Source: Balanoglossus misakiensis (Eukaryota > Animalia > Hemichordata). From it: a DNA stretch of 64,000 nt. Shown one piece after another: positions 1 to 14,351 of this stretch. Under the pieces are notes generated by a model. That model had not been told where the DNA came from. It saw only the letters and a list, made by a program, of their open reading frames with translations, and ran no database searches. The position numbers and the translations under genes are program-made. Where the stretch lies: assembly GCA_040954595.2 (NCBI GenBank), contig CM082595.2, positions 1,676,635 through 1,740,634 of the forward strand, written 5' to 3'. The first letter of the stretch is position 1. Each line of letters begins with the position of its first letter.

Positions 1-178
1 AATTTCAGCATTAAGAATGCTATCTCCACTCATTCAAGTCGAGTATCCAAATTAACTGGCAAAGAAATATGTTGCTTGTGATGAAAAGATTGCTTGTCTT
101 CTGCTGAGAAAGTGTTTACTGACAAAGGCCATACCGATACAGTTTTATTAATCATTCCTTTTATTTTCAAATCTGCAG

Positions 179-414
179 AGGTTCGGGGCCTCCACGATGT
201 TGCCGCGATAGAAGAAGCTGGGGAAGCAACTCAAACATCACTTATGGAGTATCTGTCGCTACGGTATCCGCATAATCAACTTCGGCTGTCTCATGTACTT
301 CTACTCCTCCCTGGCATTCGAGGCTACCCAGTCAAGATATTTGAGAATCTCTTCTACAAACACCTCATTGGCGACACAACAATGGACAGTATCCTGTTGG
401 AGCTTCTTCAGTGA
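179..414 (+). CDS. Terminal coding exon of a nuclear hormone receptor (ligand-binding domain helices 9-12; NR2-like or NR0B-like). Gene begins upstream of the window.
   Basis: Pyrimidine tract and acceptor ttttattttcaaatctgcag end at 178. Exon reads EVRGLHDVAAIEEAGEATQTSLMEYLSLRYPHNQLRLSHVLLLLPGIRGYPVKIFENLFYKHLIGDTTMDSILLELLQ*, matching the NR2/NR0 LBD C-terminal pattern (..GL....IE..........YP....R...LLLLP.IR......E.LF...IG.......LL.LL). AATAAA at 464 and 494. Subfamily unresolved. Confidence 0.85.
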
Positions 415-1744
415 CCTCTGAACTATGACCTTTCAACTCTGAACTGAAATACTCAGTCCCTTGAATAAAAGGGGCGGTAATATTGCACTTGACAATAAAT
501 ACTGGACCCAGAGCCAGTAACTGACAGTGTCTCAGTGGCTACTCTAGCAGAGCAGTCAAACCTGTTTATTGAAGTTTTCGCGAGACGAAACTCAAACTGT
601 GGAGTTGCCGTACGACCTGTCGTAACCATGGTTTCTGATGTTGCAAACAAGCACAACTTCGGACACGGAACCTGAACGAACATTCTTATGAGACATTTTA
701 ACCTAAAAGTGACCATTTTTTTATCTTCATTTGCAGAGTAATATTTGAACAAAAATCGTGGACAGAATACGAAAACACTTGATATTTACATGTGGTGCCA
801 TACCTGTTTTTATGAAATATTTCTCTGTTTATCATTGTACGTAATCTCACCACTGCCACCCTGTCCACCACCCCCAGAGTAAAATGCAACAGACCTCCTT
901 CCTTTTCAATTCAGACTAATTTATTCAATAGCAGGGGAGGACGTTTTACATAAATGGAGGTGCAAACGTTTTGATAACATTTCCAAGTACAATGAATGTG
1001 AATAAGAGATAACATTTACTGCATAATTTATAGTTTTTATACAAAACAAAAGAAAAAATCACAAAACCGCCGATGGTTCACCATCATGGTAACTACAAAA
1101 GAAAGAAAAAAAAAACTTTGTAAGTGTGAGAGAAACAGAAAAAACGTCAGTCAACTCAGGTTCTTTTAAAAAAAGAAACCACTGACTTTTCTGTAAAATA
1201 AAATATAAAATAATTTTTATATAACTTGATATTATCTATAGCTGATGCCATTTTGTTAAGAAGTTCCGTTGCAGATTGCAAGCAAAATACTCTGGTTTTT
1301 TGTCAATTTTTCATTTCATGTGACAGCTACATGATGTTGCATCTACATATTTGCCTTGCGCATGGTGATAAGGTTTCAGAATAGCGACCAGTTACAGTTC
1401 TTGACAACAGCCCAAATACTCATTTATTCACATACATGTAAGCCTATTCTACTTGTGGCATCAGTCGGCTAACAACCACGTCACATATCACAAATCTCAA
1501 ACAAAAAACTTAAAGATCAAAACTTCAGGTGGTGTAATTAAACACAGAAAAAATATGATGTTGAGCATGTCTCGTCAGATGTTTAAATTTACCAGATGTG
1601 TTTAATTACTTATATATTTATCGGAGTCGCCAAATTTGACAATTTGATTCACCAGACTCAAAGGGGCTAACATGCTGAACATTTCAGGGTACATCATTCC
1701 TTTTCTACCTCATCTTTCTGTCGGAACAACCATTATTCACTGGA

Positions 1745-1830
1745 CCCTTTCACCCCCAGTTCCATCTTTAGAGGTCCAACCTTACCATAGAAGTCAATGG
1801 GTTTTGGACTGAACCATGGCGGTGAAAGGG
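1745..1830. mobile_element. Short MITE with CCCT...AGGG termini (piggyBac-like), copy 1
   Basis: Terminal inverted repeats ccctttcacc / ggtgaaaggg, followed by TTAA on the right. The interior is the reverse complement of the element at 45012-45083. Confidence 0.65.
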
Positions 1831-3883
1831 TTAAACGCCAAGTCTGTTAAGGTGACCTCATAGAACAAAACCAACTGCAAGACAAAATTCCTACTGAAAT
1901 CCAAAACCAAGCCCATTTAATGTATGGCACACAGAAATATTGTCGTTTTTGATGGACTGTCCATAAAATCTCAAAGAAACTTTTATTTAAATATTTATTT
2001 GTCCTTTGAGCTTTACTTTCTTAAACCTTCATGTTTTTTTCAGTATTGTAATATTTTTATTTTAAAATTGGCAACACATGTACTTCTTGCAAGCTATATT
2101 TTTAATGAAAGGTGTATATCTGTGTAAGGTTTGTAGAAGGCAGACATTGACAGTTTCTTCATGCAAATGGGCAAATTGGAGGTTACTAACACTGTACTCA
2201 CCCCTTTAGATCTAATGAAAATCACATTCCTCCCCATGATTGTACCATACACAACCAAGGGAGTGAGTAGGGTAAATGGAAAGGCGCACCCTTTGCTCAG
2301 ACGATAGCTCAATCCATTTGAACAAGGGCAGATCACATTTCTTGAAGGAATATTAACTTAAAGAAATGGGATAATGATCCGTAAACAAAATCACCACTAA
2401 CACTAACAAAATTCTAATGATTAGATCACATATACAACCCCTTAGTTTGTTTCAATTTGAAAGCAATCTCTCTATAACTGACTATAACTCAGTGATGAAA
2501 CAGATGGCAACATATTCCACAGTTGCCATGGCAATCTGGTCTGCACTCTGTACGTAGGATTGTCTCTAGTACAGCAAAGAAGGCACCTTAGTTGTATATG
2601 GGAGATCGGTGGAGGAGAGAGAGCTGTATTGAAGCTTATGATTTTTGCACGTGCTTGAAAAGTGCGACAATGGAGGTTTTATGAAAACCTTCAACATGTT
2701 CCTGATCAGTACTCTAGCTATATGCTTTGAAAGTAGAGTGTTTACTACTTGTGTTGCTACTCTTTTTTGTCAGAAACAAAATAAAACAATTTTCACATTT
2801 TACATGATGATTCCTGTATTATTTCTTCCTTTGCTGAACAACAATACTTCTGATATCTACCTCCGTATTCTCTTCTCACTCGCAGAGACAACACCAAACC
2901 AACTCTTACAAATTTCGGTTTCCTTAAAACATTCTTGGAAAAAAATATATATATCTCAACTCCCAGATAAACCAACTTCTAATATATGTCCTTTAATAAG
3001 GATGGCCTTCCTCTGTCCCCAAGGTTACAGCCTAACCCACCCCCTCCCATTGAATGACCCTTCGAACATCACATTTTTCCCTTGTCAAAATATAAATATA
3101 TTTTCTCATTTTTTATGCATTTTTATCAAATTTGCTCCTTATTTTTGGACCGAGTGGACATAAATTTCCATTGCCTACTGGTCTCGATCAGAACAAATAA
3201 ATATATAACGGATAAAGTTATGTAACAGTTAATTTGTGAAAGATGACAGACACAAGCATTTATGTCATACTGCGGGAAGACTACCGAACAAATTCAGTTT
3301 TCCCCTAAACCATGCAACCCCTTCACCCCTCAACACCAGACTTTGGTTTATCCCGCAAACGGATCTCAGTAGTGTGGATGAAACCATATGCAGCTAAATG
3401 GGGGTGAGCATGTACAAAGCAGAAAGTACAATTGTTGACTGCAACATGACTCATTATCATCACAGGCTGTCTAGACTGGAATTAGGTTTATATTTATCGA
3501 CTCCCATGGGATGTATAATGATCCAATTGAAAAAAAATATTGCGAATTTCAAAACATATTATTGCAAAGATGACTTACAATTTCTAATTCAAGGACACAA
3601 TGAAAAGACACGTGAATGGATTCTTGATCATATTGTCATGGAAAATATTGAAAGAAACCTCAGCAAATTTTCAGTAATAATAGAGTCATCTTTCAGATCA
3701 CCATTGCGCCCAGCTTTGTGAAAACGCAGCTGTCTGTTTGGCAAATTTAGTGACAGACAGACATCAATGATCAATTTTAATCATTTTTAACACGATCAGC
3801 ACGGAAAGACGGAGAACTCTGTTCTGTCAACATGGCTGTCTGTTTGTCTATTTGTCTTTGAGTGAGTGAGTGAGTGTGTGTTT

Positions 3884-3977
3884 GTCTCTCGCTCTCACTC
3901 ACGCTCACCCTCTCTCACTCTCTCTATTTCTCTCTCTGTGTCTCTCCCTGTCGCTCTGTCTGTCTGTCTCTCTCTCC
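3884..3977. repeat. Imperfect (CT)n/(CTGT)n microsatellite
   Basis: Direct reading of tctctc/ctgtct runs. Confidence 0.85.
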
Positions 3978-6900
3978 TTCGACTCTGGGACTTTTTAAAA
4001 GAAGCACTGCAATCCATCATACAACACATCAAACTGTTGTTGAAAACAATGACCGATGCATCATCCATGCCAAGCAGACCAGGGACTGATGCAGATGTCA
4101 GCGTCCTAGTTTCTGTGGGTGACCTTTACAACATAAAAGATAACACTGTGTCTGCAATAAAGGGGGAGTCCCAGATGCACCGTTGTTGTCGAACCGAGCC
4201 CCGCTAGACATCTTCAAGGACTTCATCCTATTCACAGGGCATTCCCAGTAGGACAGACACCGGCTGCATCTCAACAAACAACGCAAGAATTTTCGTACAG
4301 AGAAACAACAGTTGTTGAAAATGAATTAATTTTTGACTAAGTGTCATCTTGTACAGCTTTCAAATTCAACCCAACAGAAGTTTCACAAGACTGAATAGGC
4401 TAGGTTTAACTGATGTATGCATGAATGAAACTACAATGTCGACTAAATGTGATCACTGTATTAGACTAAATGCTCAGTAATTGCTGTGCAGAGTATGAAA
4501 AGGATTATTGGTCGACAACCTCCCCCCCCCTTGAACGTGCATGACTGCTCCCTTGACAGAAAACATAAGATGAGCAGCTGTGTACAAATGTTCATATCAA
4601 TGCAAGATTGCTGAATTTAACATTTGTCTTGTTTGTTTTGTATGTGCGAATGTGTATGTGTGGTAATTTTAATATCACGGATGCTAATATTACTATAAAA
4701 GTAAGCTGTTGGATGCTTGTTTTATGTATAGGTATGTTATTCTGTGCACAGTTTCATGCCCAACACATGATGGTCACATGATCATCCAAATCAGCTAGAC
4801 ATGACAATCTGACGATATCATGAATACCAAAATGTTAACATTTTTTTCGTAGATTATTCGCATTTGGAAAATATGAGCAGATGTGTGAAGACCCAACATT
4901 TCAGGTTTCACCAGATTTCAAAGCAAACCACATGGTTCATATTTGCATCTCTTATGGGAAAAAACACCCACTTGTCAAATTTAGCCTCTGCTACTTGCAG
5001 TCAACCAAGGACAAACTGTAGATACATCTGCCCCAGTCGCGGCACCAACACCAGCTTGTGAAAAACATAGAAACATGACCACAAACTCTCCTCACTGGCC
5101 AGACATCTTGACTTGCAAACCCCCTCAATTAACAGATAGCATTGAAATTTAATATGTAAGCACAGTGGGCCTTAATTGGGAGTAATTGTATGGGCTGTCT
5201 TAGCGGTAATCCCCTTTTATCTATCAGACACAGGCAACCTTGAGTCTGTCTGGTTGTCACAAAAAAAAACTGTTAGTATCGAACCCACCCTCCCAGAGTT
5301 TCTCATGTTCTTTGTTTCAACTGACACTATCCTGTTATTTAAATTTTGAAACTGTTGTTAATTGTTCGCGCCATGAGTGTGGGTATGTTTGGTAGAACTC
5401 GAGCGACATGTGTGGGGAAGGAACGCCAGGATATAGAATCAGGTGTGGATGTAACTGAGTGATTTTGGGTGCAGACTACCTCACTGCAATTGGTACATGA
5501 CGTGTTCCAACACTGCAAAATATATTGTCTATTTTCTAATTCTTAGCAGCCATAGCTCTCTACCTCACGAAACCGTTTTTGTACCATCATTCTATATCTG
5601 TCTGTCTGTCTGTGTCTGTTTGTCTGTCACTCTTTCCTCTTCATTTGTAGGATATGAGAGTAAAGATCTCGCCAAAATGAATAAATGGTAACACCGATTA
5701 TTCATTTTGGGGAGTTTTTCACTTTCGTGTCTACAAGTGGGATGGAAGTTCTGTGGTCAAACGTTGATTCACTATATAACCACATGTAAAATAACATAAA
5801 CGGTGTCTTGTATCAAATATAATTAATGGAAAAAGGGCAGTAAGAGAGAGACCTTTAATGTGCAATCGTGATGTGTCAATCACTCCATCTGTTGATCAGT
5901 GTGACGACACATGCGACAAATAAACATGGACAGACATAGTTTTCATAAAGAAAAATTTCAAAACTCGTGACAGGCTGTGATAAAACCTTGGAATGGATAA
6001 CCTATACTCTCTGCAGCTGTCTGTGAGGTACAGAGATCACATTTAGGGAGGGTGATATGTAAGAGGGGGGATGTTACCATCGGAACAATGAAATGGCCTT
6101 TAAAAACAAAAAAATCACATAAGAGGGGTAAACAGCTGCTTTACAGACGACTAGACTGACCTGATTCATGTGTACATGGAGGAAGGTTGTTGGGATGCGG
6201 GGAGGACTGCCCCACTGATGCAGACAATATTAACCACTTGGAGAAAGTCACAAGAACAAAAGCTATGCGGGTCTGCAGCCTTGGGTTTGAATTCATCTTA
6301 TGTAAGTGAGACAATAGTTGGGGGGTTTCTATCCTGATCTATTTCTGGTCCACTGACACAGTTCTGCTGGCATCCTTTTTGTTCGCGGTGTCTAGCCGCT
6401 GAGAAACAAAAAAAAATTCCCAAACAGACCTTGTTGACAGGCGGCGCGTTGTTATTTACAAAGTGGGAACCACGACAATAGTGTTGACGGCGTCTGCTCC
6501 AAGGAGACAAATCGCGTGATGGAAACTCGACTTGAAGTAGGGAGATAACAGAGAGAGCCATGCTATGGAATTTGCTTTGAGGTCTGGAGAGAAATATCTT
6601 CAAAAACTTTTTCTTTCTTTCTTTGTTTCTGATTCCCAATTATCAATTAGTGATAAAAACGAGACAATCAACTCACAATTAGCAATTCAGGGTCACAGAG
6701 AGACAGACAGACACAGTTAACAACCTCGGAATGGAGAAACCCAGCTAGAGTTTCTCCTGGAATTCAGACACTGCAGTTCATCGCACAACCCGGGGATCTT
6801 CCATTAAACAAAACAGATTGTGTCTCAGGACGTAGGTAACCATCTTGTTTGGGGAAGATTTCTTTCCAGTGTTCGCTTCTTGTACGCTTTAGAAGAGTTT

Positions 6901-9900
6901 CAAAACCCCTCACCCTCCCCAATATGGCTGGTTTTATTAATTCTCACTGCCCTCCAGCAAATCCATTTCATTTCAATACTACTCAGTAGAGACTATTCTC
7001 CAATCTCTTCAAATCTCACCGTTCTATCCATTAACCCCCCCCCTCCCACTTACGTCCCTCCAGACTTCTTCCCCCTCCAACCCTCCCTCCTCCTCAATTC
7101 CTCCTAATAAAGATAAAGTTCCCCCTTTACTAACCAGGTCCCTCTCTGTCCAAACCTCATATCAATGATCACACTCAAACCCTCTCCATATACGCGCTGA
7201 CAGCACCATTCAATCTCAGAGATTCATCGCAGTTTTCCCCCCTGACAATTTGATGACTGCACATTATGTGGTCTGGGTTGATAAGCTAAACACTGAACCT
7301 ACTGAAATAGGAATTGGAGCTTACGTGAAATCAGCAAAAACGCCAAAATGAAAACCAAAGCTGAGACATCCCTGTGATTTCTGTTAAAGCTCTATTAGCT
7401 GTAACTTTTCCCTCAGTTCTCACTGTCTTTGCTTTGTGTGTCTACTGCAGATTCTTGTTCAAATTCCTGAAACACATCATAAAATGCTTGGCAACGATAG
7501 TTTAGTCTGATGCAGCTCTGGCAGACTCAAGCAATTAATTTTCTCACTTTGTCATACAAGATGCCTCCAAGGTGTGAGTGCAGGGCACACAATGGAATAT
7601 TACACACCCTAAGAACACAAGGTGACAGAAGATCAACTTTCTACGAAAAGAACATATTTATAGTTTTTTATTACAAGGACACAGCTCATGGGAGTCACAA
7701 TTGAGAAAAAAAATAAGAAGAAGAATGTGCTGCTCATTTCCTCTGCATCATAGCCTTCAGCAACAAACTCTTTTTACAGAAGTACTCCGTGTGTAAACTA
7801 GCTTTGTCAGAGTTGCAAGGGTCCATTTCACAGCCGAAATCTCCCATGTCTGTAATTTGGAGATGGCAGAACTTCTCGCATGTCACAGAATATTCTTCGG
7901 AGAATGTTTTTATAGCTCATTTTGAAAAACATGATATCAGAACTAAACAGAATTGTGTGCTAGGCCTGACAGAAAAGAGAAAACATCTCCATCTTTAAGG
8001 GATGTGGGTTTTTCAAAGACAAGTACTTGCTGTGGTTTCCGTGGGAAACCAGACTACCAAAGGTTTTCTGAGGCAGTATTTAGAGAAGCTTGTTCTGATG
8101 ATTTTTCACAGACCTCTTGATAGATATCTAAAATTCCTTTTGGACTAAGATAATATGATTAATGCACAGTATTTGGCTGCAACGTGAGGGGGTGAAAGTG
8201 GATGAACTTTATCTCACTCTCCGGAGGATATGTGAGGGGGGAGGGGGGGGGGGGTGATGATCCGCAGAAAAAGACTGGCAATTATGGGGTTGCCGTGATA
8301 TTTCCCCAAACCATCCAAGTGTGGCTGCTTGACTAATCAGAAGGTGTGAGCGATACCGCCTCAATGACTGGGGAATGAATTCGACCATGAAATACTAGAA
8401 AAAAAAGAAAGAAAAGCAGCACTCGGCAAGGACACACAGACCAAAATAAAGAATTACCGTTAGAATTTGAGTTTCATGAAAAAAAAATCAGACCATCAAT
8501 GTTGAGTAGGAAAGAATGAAATTTGCTGATAAAATATTACAAGGTTGTCGCGGGAGAGTAGACAAAGAAAATATGTTACTGCCTGATCAGCGATCACCTT
8601 GAGAACAGAGACCAACAAAGACATGGATGCGACAGTTTTTTTCTCCATCTCCATCGAGTCAATTTACACATCTGTAAACCCAACTGAAAGGGAACGAATG
8701 ATGAGTTTTGATTGGGAATTAGAATCGGGATGATTGACAGCTAATTTGCATGTTGAGGACATTAACCTCATTTTTGAGTTGTCCTCAAATCGAAGCATAT
8801 CAATTTCACTTGATGGGAGGGGGTCACCAACCTTTTTAGATAGATCTTATACAAATTTCAGTGCTTAATGAGATATCTTTTCCTTGAATATTCTAATTAT
8901 CAAAATTCCAGGCAAAAATACAAATGAACCAAATATCAATTTACAAACAGTTTCAAATGACTAAATTCTACAGAGATAAAATTACCCTATTGAAGGAAAG
9001 TATGCAAGACTTTCAGTCCGTGATTTCATGAAGAATCTTTTCAAATACTGCCAGTTAATTGACAAAGAGCGGGACAAGATCAAAGGAATGGTAAATCACA
9101 CCATTTTCACAATTGATGTACAGATACACGCAGGATTTCTTTCAGATTTTTCAGTGACGCTACAGGTCACCACAGGAAGTACACATCAAATTTAGTTCTG
9201 AGAATTGTTCCCCGCGTAATGACACAGTCCCTGGGAACCATCCAATTTTCACACTATTTCTCGACACGGGTGGCTGGACCACTTCAAAAGGGAGGAGGGG
9301 TGGGCAACAAGTCTTGATGTGTGTGATGAGTCAGGGTGTGAATATTGCAGATAATGACATTAACACCTAGAACTGTTTCCAAGAAATGCTATTATCGTCA
9401 CTGGCAATTATCTGTAATATCAATCCACCATGACTAGTTGACACAGCGTATAATTGGACAAAGTTGATAATTTTGTTATTTTAATCCCTTTTGCTAGCTT
9501 TTTTCTGTTGTTTACCTAACTGTGCAGTTTGACATCTATCTAGAGCTGGAGGGTGACAGGAGGGGGGAGGGGATGGAGATTTAAAGACCCACATCCAATT
9601 AGCACAACACATGACACCCTGTGTGTACTTTCAGTTTCTCCAACTTTTCCCAGTCACCACTGATTCCAATTTACTCGCACACAAAGTGGGAACAGATCCA
9701 GGAAAGTATGTACTGAGCCATCCCAGTAAGCCTGTCGGAGCCCAAAATAAAGTCTATCCCGGATTAACAATTACTCCTTTGAAGGACTGCATTATCCCTT
9801 TTCGCCAAGCAGATCAGACGGAGATATAAGATCTGGCGTTGACTGAAGGACGAACGGGAAGGCAACGAGGAAATCCATGGAGCCATTATTGTTCAAATTA

Positions 9901-10216
9901 TCTACTCATTTTTTCTACTCCCCCAAGCATGTGTGTTAAAGGCCCTGTATCTAAATCACCCACACAGTATATACATATTGTTTATGTCAACAAGTGAATC
10001 TGGCCCTTTAAAGAAGACTGTGCCATCATTTCCTTTGCATAGATCACATCGTATCATGTTGACCAGACTCGACTGCAGCAACAGCACCAATGAAATCCAC
10101 AGAACCATCTTTGGCTGAGCACGTGCTGATTTCTGCTGTACAAAAACATTACCACCAGATGCAAGCTGAGGAAATACGTGCTGATTTGTTGACCCTGACC
10201 ATGGAATTCTCAATTG

Positions 10217-10249
10217 GGAGAGAGAGAGAGAGTGAACGAGAGAGAGAGC

Positions 10250-10286
<37 letters not shown>
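10217..10286. repeat. (GA)n microsatellite
   Basis: About 70 bp of nearly pure gaga repeats. Confidence 0.95.
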
Positions 10287-10289
<3 letters not shown>

Positions 10290-13200
10290 CATTTGAAGGA
10301 GATTGCTCCTTATCACAACAATCAGAATCTGAAGGTTACCCTGGGATTAATACTGGAGGATGTAGATAAACAGTTCCTGCACATCTTGTCTCCAACACAA
10401 TCAAGTACTTCAGAGATTGCTTACTACGTTACTAATCACCCGCCCGCCGATTTATCGTCGATTCTGCAACCCTAATCTCAGAGCACCAGCTCAAAAAACT
10501 TCAAGGCTTCTGCTGATCTCATACAGATTCTTGGTATTAACTGAAAAATTCTGATCCCTTCTGTTCTAAAATAAACTTTCAAAATCACAAAAAGTTGCCT
10601 CCGAACACAATTTTCGGTTTTTGCAGTTTTTCATCACCGTCGACTAAGTGCATATCTAATCCTGCGGTGGAAATTTCATCCTTGACATGGCTTTGTTGAT
10701 GGCTGCAAGCCACAACGCAATCCATTAGCAACAATGGTTTTATGAATATTGAATGATCTTATTTGTAATCAATATCTATGGTTGAGATGATGTTAACTTT
10801 CCCTGAATATCCCTATAACAAAACTTGCACATCCATCAATGATCAGATGGGTCATACTATACCACTTCTGGTTAGGGTGGATAGCTGGTTTCCTTCCCTG
10901 TCACTGAAAACTGATATCACACAACTTGTACAGTTAATTTTCAAGCTTATAAGGGTCAGACCCTACTGGTTTTGGGGTAGATAGATTTACTTGTTCTTAG
11001 CATTTTACCCTTCTTAGTATTTTACCCTTAAACCTACTCTACACAGCCTGAAATGGCAAAATGAAAAAGACCGGATATCGTCCGTTTTGACGATGGCCAT
11101 TCTCAACCAAAGTGGCATCTGTACAAAGCTTCTTTTGCGGTAAAAACTCATTAATGTACAAGTAGGACATTTGAACAGCAATTAGAAAAGGGATGACGTC
11201 AAGGAAAATCTGTCGAGGTTGGCGAAAGGTTGTTTGCATTTTTGTTTCATGAACAGTGGAAAGAATATTAAATAGCATCGATATAAACAGGGGTTTATGC
11301 GAACCAACGTAGCCGAATGGTCGATTTGCATAAATTACTTCGTTAATAACCAAAGTCATTAAGAATAGCCATGTTTAATAGAATGTGCATATAGAGTTCA
11401 TATCTACGTGGTTTTCATCTCGACACTACTTTCAAGCACTCTAGTGAAACTTCCTTTGTTCATATGTTGTGCTAATGCTCACTTTCTCATGGGGGTGGCA
11501 GGGTGGTTGGGAGATGGGATTGGAGAGGCTCAAAAATTGATCGCCGTTACCTGTAAACGTAACAGCTGATGCAAAGAAAGTTTCTAGAAATTCTCACCTT
11601 TTAAAATATCATGCTTGTTGGAAGGCACAGTGGTTTTAAATAAAATTTTCAAGGTGTCAGAGGGGAACAGTGCAGTGTCCCAACCTGCATCAGTGTAAAC
11701 AAGATTCTTTATAGGTATGGCCAGAGATGGTTGCACTGGCACTGCTTGCCAGACAGGTTTAAAATCGTCAGAGTAGAACAAGAATCTTTTTCAGGATGGC
11801 CAAGGTGCTGTATTGTGGTGTATGAACAAAGGCGCCCTTGAAGGACTCATTATGAGTCGTGAGATGATGCAGTAATTTTTGACGGCCGTCTCAGACAAAC
11901 ATGACGCCAATCCTTCCTGCAGCTGCTAGCGAGCGAGGGGGCTACCTCCATCAACAATGCCGAGACTGCCTTGAAATCCAACAAGGGTTTTTTTTTTCCT
12001 CTCTGACAAATGCATCGTTCCACTCATGGGCATTTGTAATAAAAGATGGCTGACCTCAGTTTTAGTTGCCAGTGCCTGAGTGGGCTGGCACTCTTTCTTT
12101 TTTGTTTTCAGGAAACAGCTTTGCCGCTGTCGCCCTTGGTTACAACACTGATATTATACGAATGCTTCACTGCAGTGCATTGTCTGTTGATGACTTCTCA
12201 AAAAGAACCCGAGACTTTGTCTCAAAACACAAAACCTACAACAAATGGCCATGCGATATCTTGGAAAAAAGATGTGTAAATTCAATTTGTTTCAGAAACG
12301 ACAGTACCCGGTAGTATCTAAACAGAATCTCTACTCCACCACATTCAGAATCTCGTTCAGATCTGGAGGTGAATTTGCCTGAGTCTGAACTTGAAATTCA
12401 CAAGAAACGACAAAGTACTTGAGTGGGCAGCCATCGCACTCAAAAACGCAATCAAATGCAATCAGCCCTTTGAACTATTTTGCAAAATACTGTTGCTCTG
12501 ATAGTCATCAAATGATCGCAGCCTAATTCTGCTCCGACATTTAATGTATGCTAAGGGCAATGAACAGGTCTTTGTCCTGTTGGCAAACCCCTGACATGAA
12601 AGTCGATATGCACCCACATCCCCCTAACCGGTCCCTAGCGACCATCAACAGACAGCCAAGCCCCAGTTCAAATTCAATGATGCCTGGCCAAGCATGAAAG
12701 TCACAGTCAAGGTCAGAAATTAGACTTGAAAGGATGAGCACTAGTTTGGTCATATTTCTGCTGTGTTGATTGAATAGTGATGGCTAAGGGATAGCCTATA
12801 GGCAACCTCATCTGCATATAGTTGATTAAAACTGCATTTGCAAGAAACATCTTGTCTGCAGGGAACACAAGCTGTGTTGATCTTCCTCGCACATATGGTC
12901 TACCTGATTCATAGACAATATTATACTTTCACATTCTCTGTTATCATAGTTGTTGTGAAAACAAGAGTAACTAAGCTGGAAGTGAGAGATATAGATGTAC
13001 TTGCAAACAGCTGGAATAGTGACAAAAGTCCTACAGCCATGTTTTCGAAATATTTTGGTTATCTTGGATGTATAATACAATTTAGAACATACTTTGTCTA
13101 AACCATCACCTGTGTGAATCAATGTCTGTACTATTGTCCAATCACATTGCATGCCTTCATTGTCCAATCACAATGCAAGTTTGCACTGACCAATCAGATA

Positions 13201-14351
13201 GTCTCTACTTTTCAATCAAACCATATGAAAGCACAGACTATCTATGATTATAACTAAAAGATTTACAATGTTGGTACCTGTTACTACAAAACCTTGGCTG
13301 TCTTTCAAGGTCAAGTGTCGGCCCTGACACAACCACAGAATTGGGAAAGCGTTTGGAGACAGACGCCGCTATCTACACGATGTTTCATTAGAACAGTGCA
13401 GTTAATATCTGACAGTTTATACTCATTACACACTCATCTCAGAACTAATGGTACATGCTGAAGGGTCTTCCTGTAAGGGTCAAGTTGAAAGCATTTGCCT
13501 CATGGCCACCGTAAATGTTACTTTCATTTGAAACATCATTTTCTCCAAAACATTTGTCTCAGCTGTCAAGATTTCAAAAGAAAGCTGAGTTTTCATTGTT
13601 TCTGGTCCATAATTCATGTCAAAATTTTCCAAATTTGCGGAAAAAACAACAATTTCTGGTCAACAGATTTGGCGGGAAATGCTATCGTTTGCAGCAGTCT
13701 CAGTGTCGGCAATAACAATTAAATAAACACTGTGCTGTTGTGGTCTCTGGTGATTTCCGCTGATTGCTATCTCACGTCACGGTTCTGGATCAAATGGGAT
13801 TGGAATCGGGAAATGTTCCACAAATTAATGTTTAAATTTTATTCTCCGGGAATTTGCACAGATAATGGTTATTGATAGTGAATGTCATGTGACGCGATTA
13901 CTTTGATCATAATGCACACAGGGGAGGTATCTTAATGATCATGGTTCTGACATGTACTTGCGGCCATATGCTCTTAAAAGCACGAGTAATCACGACTTTT
14001 GACAACACAGTTTTCAGCATGGCTGTTCTTTGCATCAACTACAGTTTTTTTGCTTTGTTCTAGTCCCGAAACCTTGTTGAAATGTCCAATATTTGGCATG
14101 CCTGATTTGGCATTTCTGCAGAGTCAGGCTGCTTTTTGAAGACAGATGTCAAGGGATAAAAAAACACTTTCTGTTGAAAGTATAAATTCAAAGGGAGTCT
14201 CTCTTCAGTTCCTTGACAACACATCAACAAAACTTGTGTAGGCCTAAAGCTCATTTTCTACTCATGTGCACGCACAAACAATATGAATCTGAAATTCTCT
14301 TACCTAAAATCAAAACGTATAAAATCGTCCAACCAGATGTGTTCCCAAGTA

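Noticed and set aside
2645-3163. 172-aa ORF on +
   Set aside because: AT-rich, low-information translation with no motif or splice support.
5471-5487. ctacctca (let-7 seed complement)
   Set aside because: Only an 8-mer. No precursor hairpin or mature sequence, and no evidence it lies in a UTR.
10090-10296. ORF ending in ERERER
   Set aside because: Product of the (GA)n microsatellite.
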